Shown: positions 50,185-62,700 of the stretch, in pieces | How positions within the stretch are numbered: the first letter of the stretch is position 1 | Layout of the letters: the number at the start of each line of letters is the position of its first letter | DNA from: Adineta vaga | Lineage: Eukaryota; Animalia; Rotifera | Direction of reading: 5' to 3' | DNA length: 64,000 nt | NCBI GenBank assembly: GCA_021613535.1 | Contig: CP075494.1 | Coordinates: 16,430,001 to 16,494,000, forward strand | Position numbers and translations under genes: made by a program | The notes under the pieces: model-generated | Told to the model about the DNA's origin: nothing | Databases searched by the model: none | The model's input: the letters and a program-made list of their open reading frames with translations, nothing else

Positions 50185-50649
50185 AATATATTCTGTATCG
50201 ATTCGTATCAAAGATTTATTTATCTTCTTTGATTTTGTTTCTTTTTTATCTCATTATGATGTATTATACAATCATCCGTCTATCCTTCGTTTCATTTTGG
50301 TTCCTCTGATTTTTTCTATATTGAATGTTATGAGGAGCAGATGGATGAAGTATTTAAATGAACTACATAAAAGTTTTTGTAATATTTCAAACATAGGATT
50401 CTACTAGTACCCACATTTTGTGTCTCTTTCTTTTGAAAACGTTTACTTTATATCTTATTCTAAATTCTGTTGTATTGCTGAGAGTGAACGATATTCTTCT
50501 TGTTTTGAAATGTATTCTTTTTCAGTGTTTGTTTTCTTGTCTCAAGCTTGAATAGCTAAAATATTACTCGATTTACTTCAAATCAAGAAACTGATTCTTT
50601 CAATCTATTTTGTAGATAATACATCAGTTGGTATATTTAGTTTCTAATT

Positions 50650-53600
50650 ATGGGTAATGAACATAGCAAATCATCAGTGTACGACAAAAAAACCACAACT
50701 GCGATTGCTAAAAATGATAAACCGACCGCTCCAACATATCCTGACAGTATCGTTAAAATTTTGGTTATAGGAGAAACAGGAGCAGGTAATGATTTATTGA
50801 AAATAAACTTTTATAGACATATCAAATAAGGGGACATTGTCAAAAATTCAGCACCTTTCGAGTCATAAATTTAGCCTGCTATACAGAATTGAGTCAATAA
50901 TATCTTTCATAAAAATTGTCTATCTATAGAGTGTTTCTAAGAAAGATCGCATGTTTTTTCTATTGTCTCTATGAGAGTTATCCTAACAATACTTAAAGAT
51001 ATAACAAATCTCGGCTTAGCTTTGGATTTAGGACCAAGACATTGGGTTGTGAATTTTGGGTTGGTTTTCAGACATACGCGATTTAGATTTGGGAACTGGT
51101 TTCTAGATTTTTTATGATTTTAGTAAGACCACATGAAAATAGCAATGCTATACTTAACCTTGAGAGTCATTGAGCCCAGAAATATTGACGGATTTGTAGC
51201 CACAATCTTGAATTTTAGATTTAGATTTAGATTTGTTATCAGATAAAAATAGATTGCGATTGAACAATTACAATTAAAGCTGTAATCTTTTCATAGCGGT
51301 TTAGTTTAGGGAACAGATGCAAAACTCAAATCCAAGCTAGTGTGTCACAAATCCTAGGCTTCGTATTTGCTGCATCCCTGGATAATTGACAATTTACAGA
51401 TAGTTCTTATCAAAAAAACTGTTCGAACAACTCTATCATCAAGAGCTAAGTTTTTTTAATAGCTATTCTGATAAGGATTGGTGAGACTAAACATTTCTTT
51501 TGAGAACGTGTCAAGGACGGAACGAGCTGAGTTCTTATATGCATATAGCTATCTTCTGATAGATGATAATATGAATGTTTGAACTTAAATTGAGTAGTTC
51601 TCAATAATATTATTGAAACTGCTCTTGAGAATTACAAAGACTAAACAAACCTGTAGCTTGTCACACTCAAAATTTAGTCTGAGAGTACGAATGACTAAAG
51701 AATACATGATCAAACATCTATTATCACAACTTAATGTTATATTCGACTGCGACGTAAAGTATGCATGAGGTAAGTTATATACTACTCATTACGTATTCTG
51801 GCTTCTTATATAGTCAGTCGATACGACAAAAAAAGTGAAGAGACATCAGAACTTGTGTCTTACGACACAATGTTTCTTCGGCTATATTCTAACTCCAAAT
51901 ATAACTGTCTCATATACAATACGAGCTCATATACGAAAAGAACGAAAAAGAAGAGAAAGAATAAGAGGGAGAATACAGTTAGAATAAAACGGAAGGTTAC
52001 ATCGCCCAATAGTAGTATTGGATAAGAACGATAAGTTACAAGGTTGACCTCTTATAATTACAGCATTTAATAATATAATACACAAAGATACAAGAATTTT
52101 ACATTTATGTGTCTTTTGGCACATCAACCACCTTCAGATAATCAATATTCGCATATTTTTCTAATTATTTTACTAGGCAAGTCAACGTTCATAAATTACG
52201 TCGCAAACTATTTTCGGAAAGGCACACTGACCGATCTGAAAGTTGCAATACCAACAAAACATCGTCCTATTCCAACGGAAGCATTTGTATATTGTGAAAA
52301 CAACGTCAGCGATGTTGCACAATCCAAGACTGATAGTTGCAACCATTATCTATTTATTGATTCAAGAACTAACAAAGAATATTTGTTTTTGGATACTCCA
52401 GGTATGAGCGATACAAGAGGTGTTCAACAAGACGAAATAAACATGGAGCGTATTTTAAACGCAGTAGAATTACTAGGCGGTCTTACAGTGATAATTATTG
52501 TTATAAATGGAACGACAGGACGAATGACTTCAACGATTAAGAACGTAATTGTAAAGCTTCGTAGTAATTTACCAAATGCCATTCTAGATACAGTTATCGT
52601 TGCATTCACGAATGGTAAACAACATGAAGTTAATTTCGACCTTAACTGTTTAGACTTACAAGCAGGAAAAATACATCCTTTTTATTTTCAAAATTCAGCA
52701 TTCTCATCAGATCCATCCAGGTGGAATGAACGAGCGTTAAAACATCTTCAAGTAGATTGGGAGGATTCAATGGATGAATTCACTCGAATGATACAGCTCA
52801 TCAATGAATGTTCGCCAAAGGCGATAACAGCGTTTACAGACATGAAGAATATTCGCAATACGATTAGATCTCTCTTCCATAAAGCTCGTCTAGAAGTTAC
52901 CAAAATCCAGAAAATGCAAGACGAAATAGCTGCACTGCAACAAGGTGTCTCCGATTTCGATTCAGTTCGACAGTTAAATAAGAACTATGTTCAGAAAAAA
53001 ACCGTCGACAATGTAGAACAGATTCCCTGCTCTCACTATAATACTGTTTGTACGGTTTGCACTGAAGTATGCCATAATGAATGCAGTCTGACAGAGACCA
53101 CCACAGTCGGAGATCAGATTTTTGAAAGATGTTCTGCAATGGAAAATGGCACTTGTACAGTATGTAAAAACAAATGCAGTTATGAAAAACATTATCATGC
53201 TCGAGTGACCTTTCGTCACGTGAAAAAAAGCATTGAAGATGTTTTGCATGACATTAAAGCGAAATACGACCAAGCTGGTGCTAAAAAATCGGCTGCTCAA
53301 CAAGAAATCATGACTATTGCCGATGCTAAGAAGGTTTTAGAAACTGCACTTAACAAAATGAATGGCGAGATTAAACAATTATGTCTAAATTTAAAGGGAA
53401 TTTGTAGTGGGTTTAATCTTGTTGATGAGCTCTACGCTATGATCAATCAACTACAAATAGAAGCACAGTCGTTAACAAGTATTGATGCACGAAAAAATGC
53501 TGAGGACTTCATTCGTAGCTTGATAGGATTCTGTGAACAGATGGAAACAGATCCTCGGTTTCAAGCACGATCTGGGCAAGCTAAAGTGACTATCGTCGAC

Positions 53601-55169
53601 TATCATCCACCGTCAAACATATCGCATAACCGTTTCTTGACAAAAACAGCACACACAAAACCATCACAATCATCCGTATCTACGCAACAATATACTGACC
53701 AAGAGGGAAATAGCTTTGATTTGATTAGTATCGAGACTATGTTGCGTAAGTTGCTCATGCCGATTCTGACTGATCAAAGCCAAAGCAAATATAAAACCGC
53801 TTGTGACAATAGTGATGATTACCATGATCAGAGACCTCGGCCACGGCAACATCGTACGCGCAATCGAAATCCGACGATCTATTCCGATAATAAGAAAAAA
53901 CATTGTCAAGAACGATCGCAAAAGCACCAAAATCGAACGCCATCAGTTTCGTCTGATGAAACAAGTAGTGACAAAAGCTTTAGATCAGGTTCTGAAGAAT
54001 ATAGTCTCGATGATCGCCATCCCCGACATCGATTTACACAACTGACTACGAAATCTACTAATAAAATACAGAGACATCGTAAACAACACCGCCAGGATAC
54101 AGTTACATACAACGATTTTTCTCATCAATCTTCACCGTCTGTACAGCACCAATCTTTTCAGGCGATGAACTCTTTCACACGCGACAACTTGCGTCAAATA
54201 TACACAGACAATCTAATTGGTATGCAGCATCAAGCACAATTACAACAGAATGGGCAGAATTTCACGTTAGTTTCTGATGAATTAGATAAGCGGATGCAGG
54301 GCAAAACAACTGGTCCGCTAACAGAAGAAGATCAAGATTTATATTTTATTTACATTCGAAAATACGAACGTAAAGATCAAGCAACTTTAGCCAAAGATTA
54401 CAGAGCGTTGCAACAACAAATTCACGCAATTTTCGAATCTAATATCACTCCCATCCCGCACTATTTACTCTTACAATGTGCAGCAATCTATAAATTACAA
54501 AAGGAATCTACTCAAATAGCTGAACGACAAAACAGTTTTGTGGTTGATCTTGCGCCGTGCCGTGATATCCAGTCTCCAGAACAAGTGCGCAAACAGAGTG
54601 ATAGCAAATCTTACATTGTTTCTTCTTCGATGATGTCGCCTCAGTCGAAATCAGCTACTTGTGAAACTAGAGCTGTAAAAGATAATACATTTGCCGATAT
54701 TGATGTTAATTCAATGCAAACTACTTGTCTTAATAGATTAACTGCTTTGTATTTCCATGTTATTACTACTCAAAATGAAATATTATGCGGAACTGTCAAA
54801 GCGGAACTTGAAAAGTTTGGTAGAGAGACGAACAAAAAAGCGATCACAATTATTAACAATTTATTCGAGAAAACAATTGAGATTCTGTCATCTCAAAGTG
54901 TAGAGGAACTACAAACTTTATTTGATAATCAGAAAGAAACAATCGTTAACCAAGTTTCAACTCATATGGCTGATTCAATGACTCACGAAGACTCCATAAT
55001 ACATGCAGCATGTATATATTATTTAATCGAGAATCAACCACCACTAGTTATAAAACCGTATGTTTTGTTAAATATTAATTACATAATTATATCTTTTATT
55101 AATTTTATCTGTAGGAACGTAGTCAATTTATATAATGACGACAATATATACGGCACTGTAAGATTTTAG
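50650..55169 (+). CDS. AIG1/septin-like P-loop GTPase with Cys/His-rich insert (paralog 2), possibly N-myristoylated
   Basis: Exon 1 MGNEHS...ILVIGETGAG, intron 50786-52176, then KSTFINY; FLDTPG; FQNSAFSSDP resembles MQNSAFSSDP in paralog 1; 3' end may have another short intron. Confidence 0.85.
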
Positions 55170-56479
55170 TGGCACATTTTTAAAATGCCTCATAATCAAA
55201 CTTTCAGGTCGCACTTTATAAATCTTGCGATCTGAATGTATTTCTATTAAATTTCGAAACGTTTTATACAATAAAATTCAAACAATTCATGTTGATTTAT
55301 AAGCTTAGTGATCATATTCCTAAATAATGAAGGATCCATTTTGTAGTTACGAGTGATTTAGAATCTTTTTGTGATCATCTAATTATAACTAAAGAAAATT
55401 GTTTGATCACAAGAATCAGATATCAGTAAATTGCATTGATATCGTAAAAATTAATTTACAAACTTTGAAAAACTAAAAACATAAATGAAGACATTTTAGA
55501 TGGTAGATAGAGATTCATTTATTGTATAGAAATAATGTATGCTTACAATTGTCCGTCTGTTGACTAAGAAAAATATCATGTTCAACTGAAATCTCTATGA
55601 AAAATAGCTTATTGGGATACTCGATTAGCATGATTTCGAAATCTATTCCAATCAAAATTCTTGGTATTTACATTTGTTATTTTTACAAATTAAAATTTTG
55701 TCTTCGAAAGAAAAGCACTAAAAATATAATTGGCAAGGCATAAATTATGCTTTGACTAACTTATTGTTAGTTATATTTTTGATTGGTATTTAGAAATGTT
55801 AAATATCATTGTTAGTAACGTGCTTGTGAAAATCGTGATCAAAACTTTGACGATACATATGCAACCAATTGTTAGAAATCTATTCCGAAAAAAACCAGTT
55901 GATCATTTTTTTGTAACTAGTTACCTTAGACATGTGTAATAAACTGCACGCGAATCAGTTTTTTCGTAACCATAATAAATATTTCCAAATAGAATTGGAA
56001 CAATTGATATGATTGAACATATAGGTGGACATTCATTATTAATAATTTTAAGACATCAAGAATTTTCACAAAAACTATTACAAACTGAATGTAATTCATC
56101 TGGTACCAGAAGAACACATTTGAATGCTGACCAGCAATCATTTGATGTATATTGATCATGAATAGAAAATATTATTCTAAATAATTTCTTATGATAATTC
56201 GCGACATTTTGCATCTTTAGTTGAAAGACTTGGGAAAATTGGTTTAATAGTATCATATTCTATGGTATAAGTTTATAGATTGAATTGTTTATTTCAACTT
56301 GTGAACAATGTTCTTCAACATTGTATTGAAACAGAACATGTTAAACTATTCAAAAAATTTTTTGTGTTTTGATAAAAAGATTACATAGAGTCTATAATGT
56401 CCATCATATATTCTACATCTTTCATTTCATAATAATACATAGAACCAAATCTTTCTTTTGCACAATTATAGAATATTTC

Positions 56480-56560
56480 CATCTTGAGGGTGGGTGTGGG
56501 TGCGAGTGTGAGTGTTGCTGAAAGAAGACAGGAGTACTCACGCCCACACCACACCCGCAA
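56480..56560. repeat. Telomere-repeat palindrome, spacer class B
   Basis: CATCTTGAGGGTGGGTGTGGGTGCGAGTGTGAGTGTTGC-TGAAAGAAGACAGGAGTACTCA-CGCCCACACCACACCCGCAA. Confidence 0.9.
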
Positions 56561-56567
56561 AGTTCAA

Positions 56568-58250
56568 TCAACTACTCATTTTTAATTGCGCATATTTCGC
56601 ATTCAGTATTTTGGTTATCTCTAAACACAAGAATTTCGACTTTTCATCCATTTCAGCTGGTTGCGAATCTGGATGATAATGTGAAAGCGCCTTTTGGGTA
56701 GTTTTCTGCAATTTCGAAGCATCAATTGCACCCAACGTAGCGCCTTGTTTAGCTGGTGGATGAACTTTGTATATGTGAGATAAAAACGCTGCAATACCGT
56801 CTTCGGCATGTTTTTCAAGCGCGGCTAATTCGGCCGCCATTTCGACTCATAATTGTTTCGTAGCAGCTTGATTAGCCAATTCTTCCTCTTGAACTTTCTG
56901 CGCTCGATACTTTTGCACAAAAGTAGTACTTGCCACATACCAATTAATGCTGGTCAGATTGCGTGGCATCATTGTTTGCGCCAATGTGACACAGCGTAAA
57001 TGGTATGTGTATGCTACGTCAGTCATTTTGAGGATGTTTTGATAAATTTTGGCTGAAAGATGCCAGGCTTCTGCTTCGCCTAGAAAACAAAATAATAAAA
57101 AATTTCCTCTGAATAAATGAAACGTTTTTTTGAGAAATAGTCAATGAACTGATGCAAAACTATGTCAACTGGAAAAAAATTTCCTTCATATTTTCTATCG
57201 TAATAGAGTATGATTATGTTCAATAAGAATTAGCGATAATTTATTATCACTGTCTGATCAAATTGTGTACACAATTGTAGTATGAATCATTTATAGGTAT
57301 AGCATAAGTTCGTAGAACTGGAAAAAATAGCTTTGTTCGTGTGATGATCCCTTCGAAAGTTATGATTAGTCTATCGCAAATTTTCTTTTAGCATAAGAGC
57401 TGCAGAAAATGAACGATGAAATATTAAACTGGACTCCAACAAACAATAGATTTTGTCATTTTAAACCAGCTCTAATGAAGCTGTTAAAACTTGTTTTATA
57501 AACAAAAGTCAATCTAATATTTCATCATGCTTCTTCTCCATGAACGATATGGCAAAGACAAATATCTAAGAACAATTATGACACATGTAGTATAGAGTAT
57601 AGAAATGAAAGTTTCATACGTCTAGTAATCTTTCGGACTTATACCTAGATAAAGCATCAGTTGTAATAATGATTTTGTGCTTAGATAGTTTGTATGAAAA
57701 GTTGTGATAGTAGAATTCTTTTCTGATTCACTTTACCTTCAATATCATGTTCACGAGCAAGCAAAATAGCTTCTCGATATTTGTCGATGACCATCCAAAT
57801 GATATCCATATTCATACACTCATCGCCCTTAAGATGTGCTTCTAGCATACGGTTACCAGCGCGCCGAGCATTTGAACTTTCATATATGCACTGATGGAGG
57901 TAGATACTACGGCGCAGTTCAGCCACTTCGTCTGATTGAAATTTGTTGGATGACTTTGCCCAATAAACAGCTCGATCAAGATTAGGCTGACATTCATAGA
58001 TGATTCGCGGTAGTTCTTGAGGATTCATAATTGCTTTTTTGAATAAAAGTTTAGCAAGGGTGTAGTACACGGCAGCTATTGTATCATGTTTTTCGAGAGC
58101 AGTAAGTTCAAAGTAACGTGCAAGCGTATCCAAAGCATTGAAACTCTCTTCCATATCGAGGATTACTGCAGCAGCGTGACGATCGTATACAAACTCATCA
58201 ATTTGACGATGCAGAACACTCAACCGCTCTTGTGACGTACATAGTTTTCC
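56568..58250 (-). pseudogene. 5'-truncated TPR-like + C-terminal J-domain gene with an in-frame TGA
   Basis: KALSHYHPD J-domain motif; helical TPR-like exon 57737-58250 (YREAILLAREHDIE spliced to GEAEA); TGA at 56847-56849; upstream exons not identifiable. Confidence 0.7.
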
Positions 58251-58311
58251 TAGTAAATGACGATAAGAGATTCATAGAACCTTCTTAGCTAGTTCCATTC
58301 AAAACCAGATA

Positions 58312-58362
58312 TAGGGAGGTGAATGGGGATGTGGAGGAAGAGAATACCCATATCCTCAATAT
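58312..58362. repeat. Telomere-repeat palindrome family, degenerate
   Basis: TAGGGAGGTGAATGGGGATGTGG-AGGAAGAGAAT-ACCCATATCCTCAATAT. Confidence 0.55.
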
Positions 58363-59523
58363 ATGTATGATATTGAATTTTTGAAGTATTCTTTTGCAAC
58401 ATACTGTTCATTATTTTCCCTTTTCTGCTCTTACACTACTCAATTTTCTTTTCTTCGTATGCTTACCTGTTGTTTTTTACCTATCGGCCGTTGTTATTGT
58501 TTCACCTATAGTATTTGTTTGCTTGTTTTCCTTTCTGTGTTTCTCATATTGTAATCTACGCAGTTTTCCACTATCGTATCCTTTTTTTGATTTATACAGA
58601 TAAGAAATAATAATCAGTTTTTTCATACAAAATCAAAAAAAAAAGGAAAAACTATGAAACTGCGCTCACAGCATCTGATCGGGGATCACATTAACTGTAT
58701 GAATATTATAGTGGTTGTGCAACAGTACTATGAAGAGCTCGTAAATATCGATACAAAGGCTTGTAATAAGCATGAAAACCAGAGTGGTCGTAAAAATTGT
58801 AATATCTATTTACATTCTCAATCGATGCGTAGTTATAAGAATAAGGCTTTAAAATTATTATTGAAACATTTTTTTACCGTATTCGTATGCATGCCCAAAT
58901 GAAGTAATACATTCCTTCTGAGCATATTGAATGTCCTTTTCAGTTGCTGAATTCTTGATTTGATTGTTGATCTGATAAGAGTGTAGAACCGCCAGATTTT
59001 TAAAGGCTGATGCACGTTCGTCATTGGTAGTACTTGTAGCTAATGCTTGATTATAAGATTTAAAAGCATCGTCAAGACGACCTCGACGAACTACCGGCGC
59101 AGCATGTCCTTCTTGTTTCGCCCTAGCGAAAAGGCGTTTCCCTTCTGGCGGTGCTGCTCTGAAACAGTGGAAACCATCTTTATGTTATTGTTTGCAATTA
59201 CAATAGTATGCACGGAAAAAGAGAGACGTCAATGGTACGTTGAGTTATCAAAGAATGAAATCTTGCTCTGTTCTGTCCACACATATACCTGATGTCATAC
59301 ATCCATAAGAAAAATCGTTTTTTTTCCTTTTTATTTCTTATCGTTATTTGTTTTGTTCTCGAATAAACTTCTACTGCATTTTAACGAGTCTATTTCTTTC
59401 TATTACTGCTTGGATTTCATGCAGTAACTTGCAGCTTTAAGTTGTATATTTCTAGTTATTGTGAGCACTTTTGAACGAGGTAGCAACAAATCGCAAGGAG
59501 GAAAATCTCATTCGTTCACTACT

Positions 59524-59592
59524 CATTTTGAGGGTGGGTGTGGGTGTGGGTATTGCATCTATCTAACACCCACACCCACACCCCTCAAGATG
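59524..59592. repeat. Telomere-repeat palindrome, spacer class A (best-preserved copy)
   Basis: CATTTTGAGGGTGGGTGTGGGTGTGGGT-ATTGCATCTATCTAA-CACCCACACCCACACCCCTCAAGATG. Confidence 0.93.
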
Positions 59593-59708
59593 GTACTAAT
59601 AAGGATGAAAAAAGAATATACTATATATTTAAACAAGAATGAAAATTTAATTTTAATTCTAATGATAATTTTTTTATTTAATAAATTTCGAGTACAGTGG
59701 ATGTGAAT

Positions 59709-62700
59709 TCATTGAAAAACAAACCGAACATGGGGTTTGGGTGTGAATAAAGAGAAGCCATTCACACACACACGCACCCGACTAATAAAGATTTGTTTGA
59801 ATATTTTCATATATAATCGAGAAGGTAAAACGAATATGAAAAAAAAAAGAATTGATGGAATATATGTAGTCAAATAACCAATAAGAAAGAGCCATGGATC
59901 TCGATCTGATTTAATACAAGTTGAAATGAGTGAAAAAATCAAACGAGGTGTTTTAAGTAAAATAAGTATAATAGGTGAAATGAAAATATGTTTGTGACGA
60001 GCAAATTCTTTGTGAATATGTTGATAAAATGAATATTGAGTTTGAATATGAAATCGCGTACGAATTCGTATAATAATAATAATTAAAACGGAAATAATAT
60101 TCAAAAGAAATGGAAGAAAAAAATGCAAACTTTGTGAAATAATATTATATTTCTGAATGAATAATGAATATCTTGTAATACACCAAGTTCGTTTTTCGAT
60201 ATCATCATCAATTAAATCATGATAAAATATTTCTTGGATATTTGAAATACTCGATAAAACAAAAAGACTTATTGTTGTATATTTAGCTCGTTTTTTATTT
60301 CTATTTTCATGAAATTTCAAACCTTGAATAACACGTAATGCTCGATCAATTGTGACAAATAAATCTAACCAATCACTCCAATTAAGACAAACTCGAAGTA
60401 TATAATCTAAAGATTTACATTGATAATAATTCAAAGCTGAATTTTGAATTATTTTCGTTTGTATAAGAAGAAGAAAAAGAAATTTTAAAGAGAACGTAAT
60501 TAATATAAAAATCGATAAAATACATGTTGAAATTAAATAAATTCCACAACTAACTTTATAAATTTTTCCTTGAATAAATATTGTAAGAGAAATAATACTA
60601 TTGAAAATACCAATAATAAACATAAGAGCAATTGTAATAGTAGTAAATTTAATTGAATTTAATTGAGATTTTAAAATTGCTCTTGGATTAATTTGATAAC
60701 CTAGAATAGCATCGAGTGATATTGAAAAACTTTTTGTATTAAATTGACATGTTGAACCATAAAAACATTCTCGACAAAGACAAGCTGATATTGTTGGACA
60801 ATTAAGTTTGTCTTGAAAACAATATCCATCATTTTCACATTTATTATGATCATTTGAACAAACATATGTTCGATTCTGTTTGAATAATATACAATGAGTA
60901 GTACGATTCTTATTACAAATACAAATCTGAATTTCATCATAAAAACAAGACAAATCATTATGTTTTCTACATAATAATTGATATAATTTTATACGACGAA
61001 GAAGATGTTCTTTTATAAAACTCGAATTGAATAAATCTTTTGATGATACACATCGATTTATTTTCAAAATTGGCATTGTTGTATGTTGATCATTTGTTTT
61101 CATTGGATGTATCAAATAATAATTTGATTCTAATTGACCAACAACAAAATCATATTTATTTACAATTGTGTGAATATTAATTTGTGTTTCGTATGGATGA
61201 ATAATTTTAAATATTGTTGTAGGTGTTCCATCATTTGTGTCCTGTGTACCAAGAAAATGTAAAAAAATCATTGAAGGTATTGAAAGTTTTCTATCGAATG
61301 TAACTAATAAATTTGTTTTTAATGGTTGACATTGTTTACCACCAAAACCTTCTGGACATAAACACCGACCATCGGTAAATATACTTTTATCGTCAAGTAC
61401 TACACATTGACCACCATTGAAACAACCTCCAAAATCATTACAATGATAAATTTTAATATAGCATCGAGGACCAATACGACCTAGAGGACAAATACAGATC
61501 ACTTTTGGATAAACACTAATACATAATGAACCAGGAGCACAATTACAAACAAATAACTTTTGTTGTTTATTTTCACAGTGAATCCCCCACCAACCAGGTT
61601 GACAAAGACATATAAAAATATTTTGATCATTTCTTGTTTTTGCCATTGTACAAAATCCATTTCCATTACAATTTAATGGACACAAATTCTGAATATCAAA
61701 TGTTAACGGTGTTGGATTTGAAAGTTTAAGAGCAAGACGATGAACGGGTAAGAAAGGAAAATGAATTGGATAATACCAAGTTGATCGATATTTTACTTGA
61801 AATAGTTGTAAGATATAAGCATCAATACGAATATTATATTTCTTTGTAAAATTCTTTGGTCGAGAATTATAAAGTAAATAAATATACCATTTAGTATTAC
61901 ATATTAATTTTGGACTATGATATCGATAATCATGAGAAATAATTTCATTTTCATCTGTTATTAACATAAATACAAACATATACATATATCGCCAATCATA
62001 GACACTACGAATTTCAACAATTAATGTAACACGTTGATTTTGATATTGACAATTATTTCCATATGTACTTGGTGGACACATACATTTCCATGTTAAACCA
62101 TTTTTCCATACAGTTCTTATCATTATTCCACGATGACATAAATTATTAGAATTAGAATTTAATAATAAAGATTGTTTTTCTATTCCTAAATGACCAATAA
62201 GAAAAACACCAGCTGTTTTAATATATGTTAATCGTTCAAGATGATTTTCAATCATCAGTATATTTTTATTAGAAGAATTTTGACGTCCCGATGATAAAAT
62301 CAATTGAAGTTTATCGTCTATATAAGAATCACAGTGTCGAATTGTCTCTATATTAGTACATTCATCAGAATTCCAACATCGATAACGATTCCGTTTCTCT
62401 AATGAATATTTTAATCGACAAAATTCTTGTTCATCAGTTGCTCCTATACAATCGATTATATTATTATTTATATATTCAATAGATAGACAAAATAATTCAT
62501 GCGTTAATGGTGATATACACGAATGATGATTTAATGGACATTTAAATAAAAGATTATTACAATCTAATTCATCTTCTCCTTTTGGACAATTCCATACAAA
62601 ATTACAACGAGTATAATGATTATTACATGGCCATTCTTCACAATTAGTTTCATCACTTTGATTATGACCATCGATTAAAATTGGTATCATATCTTCAATA

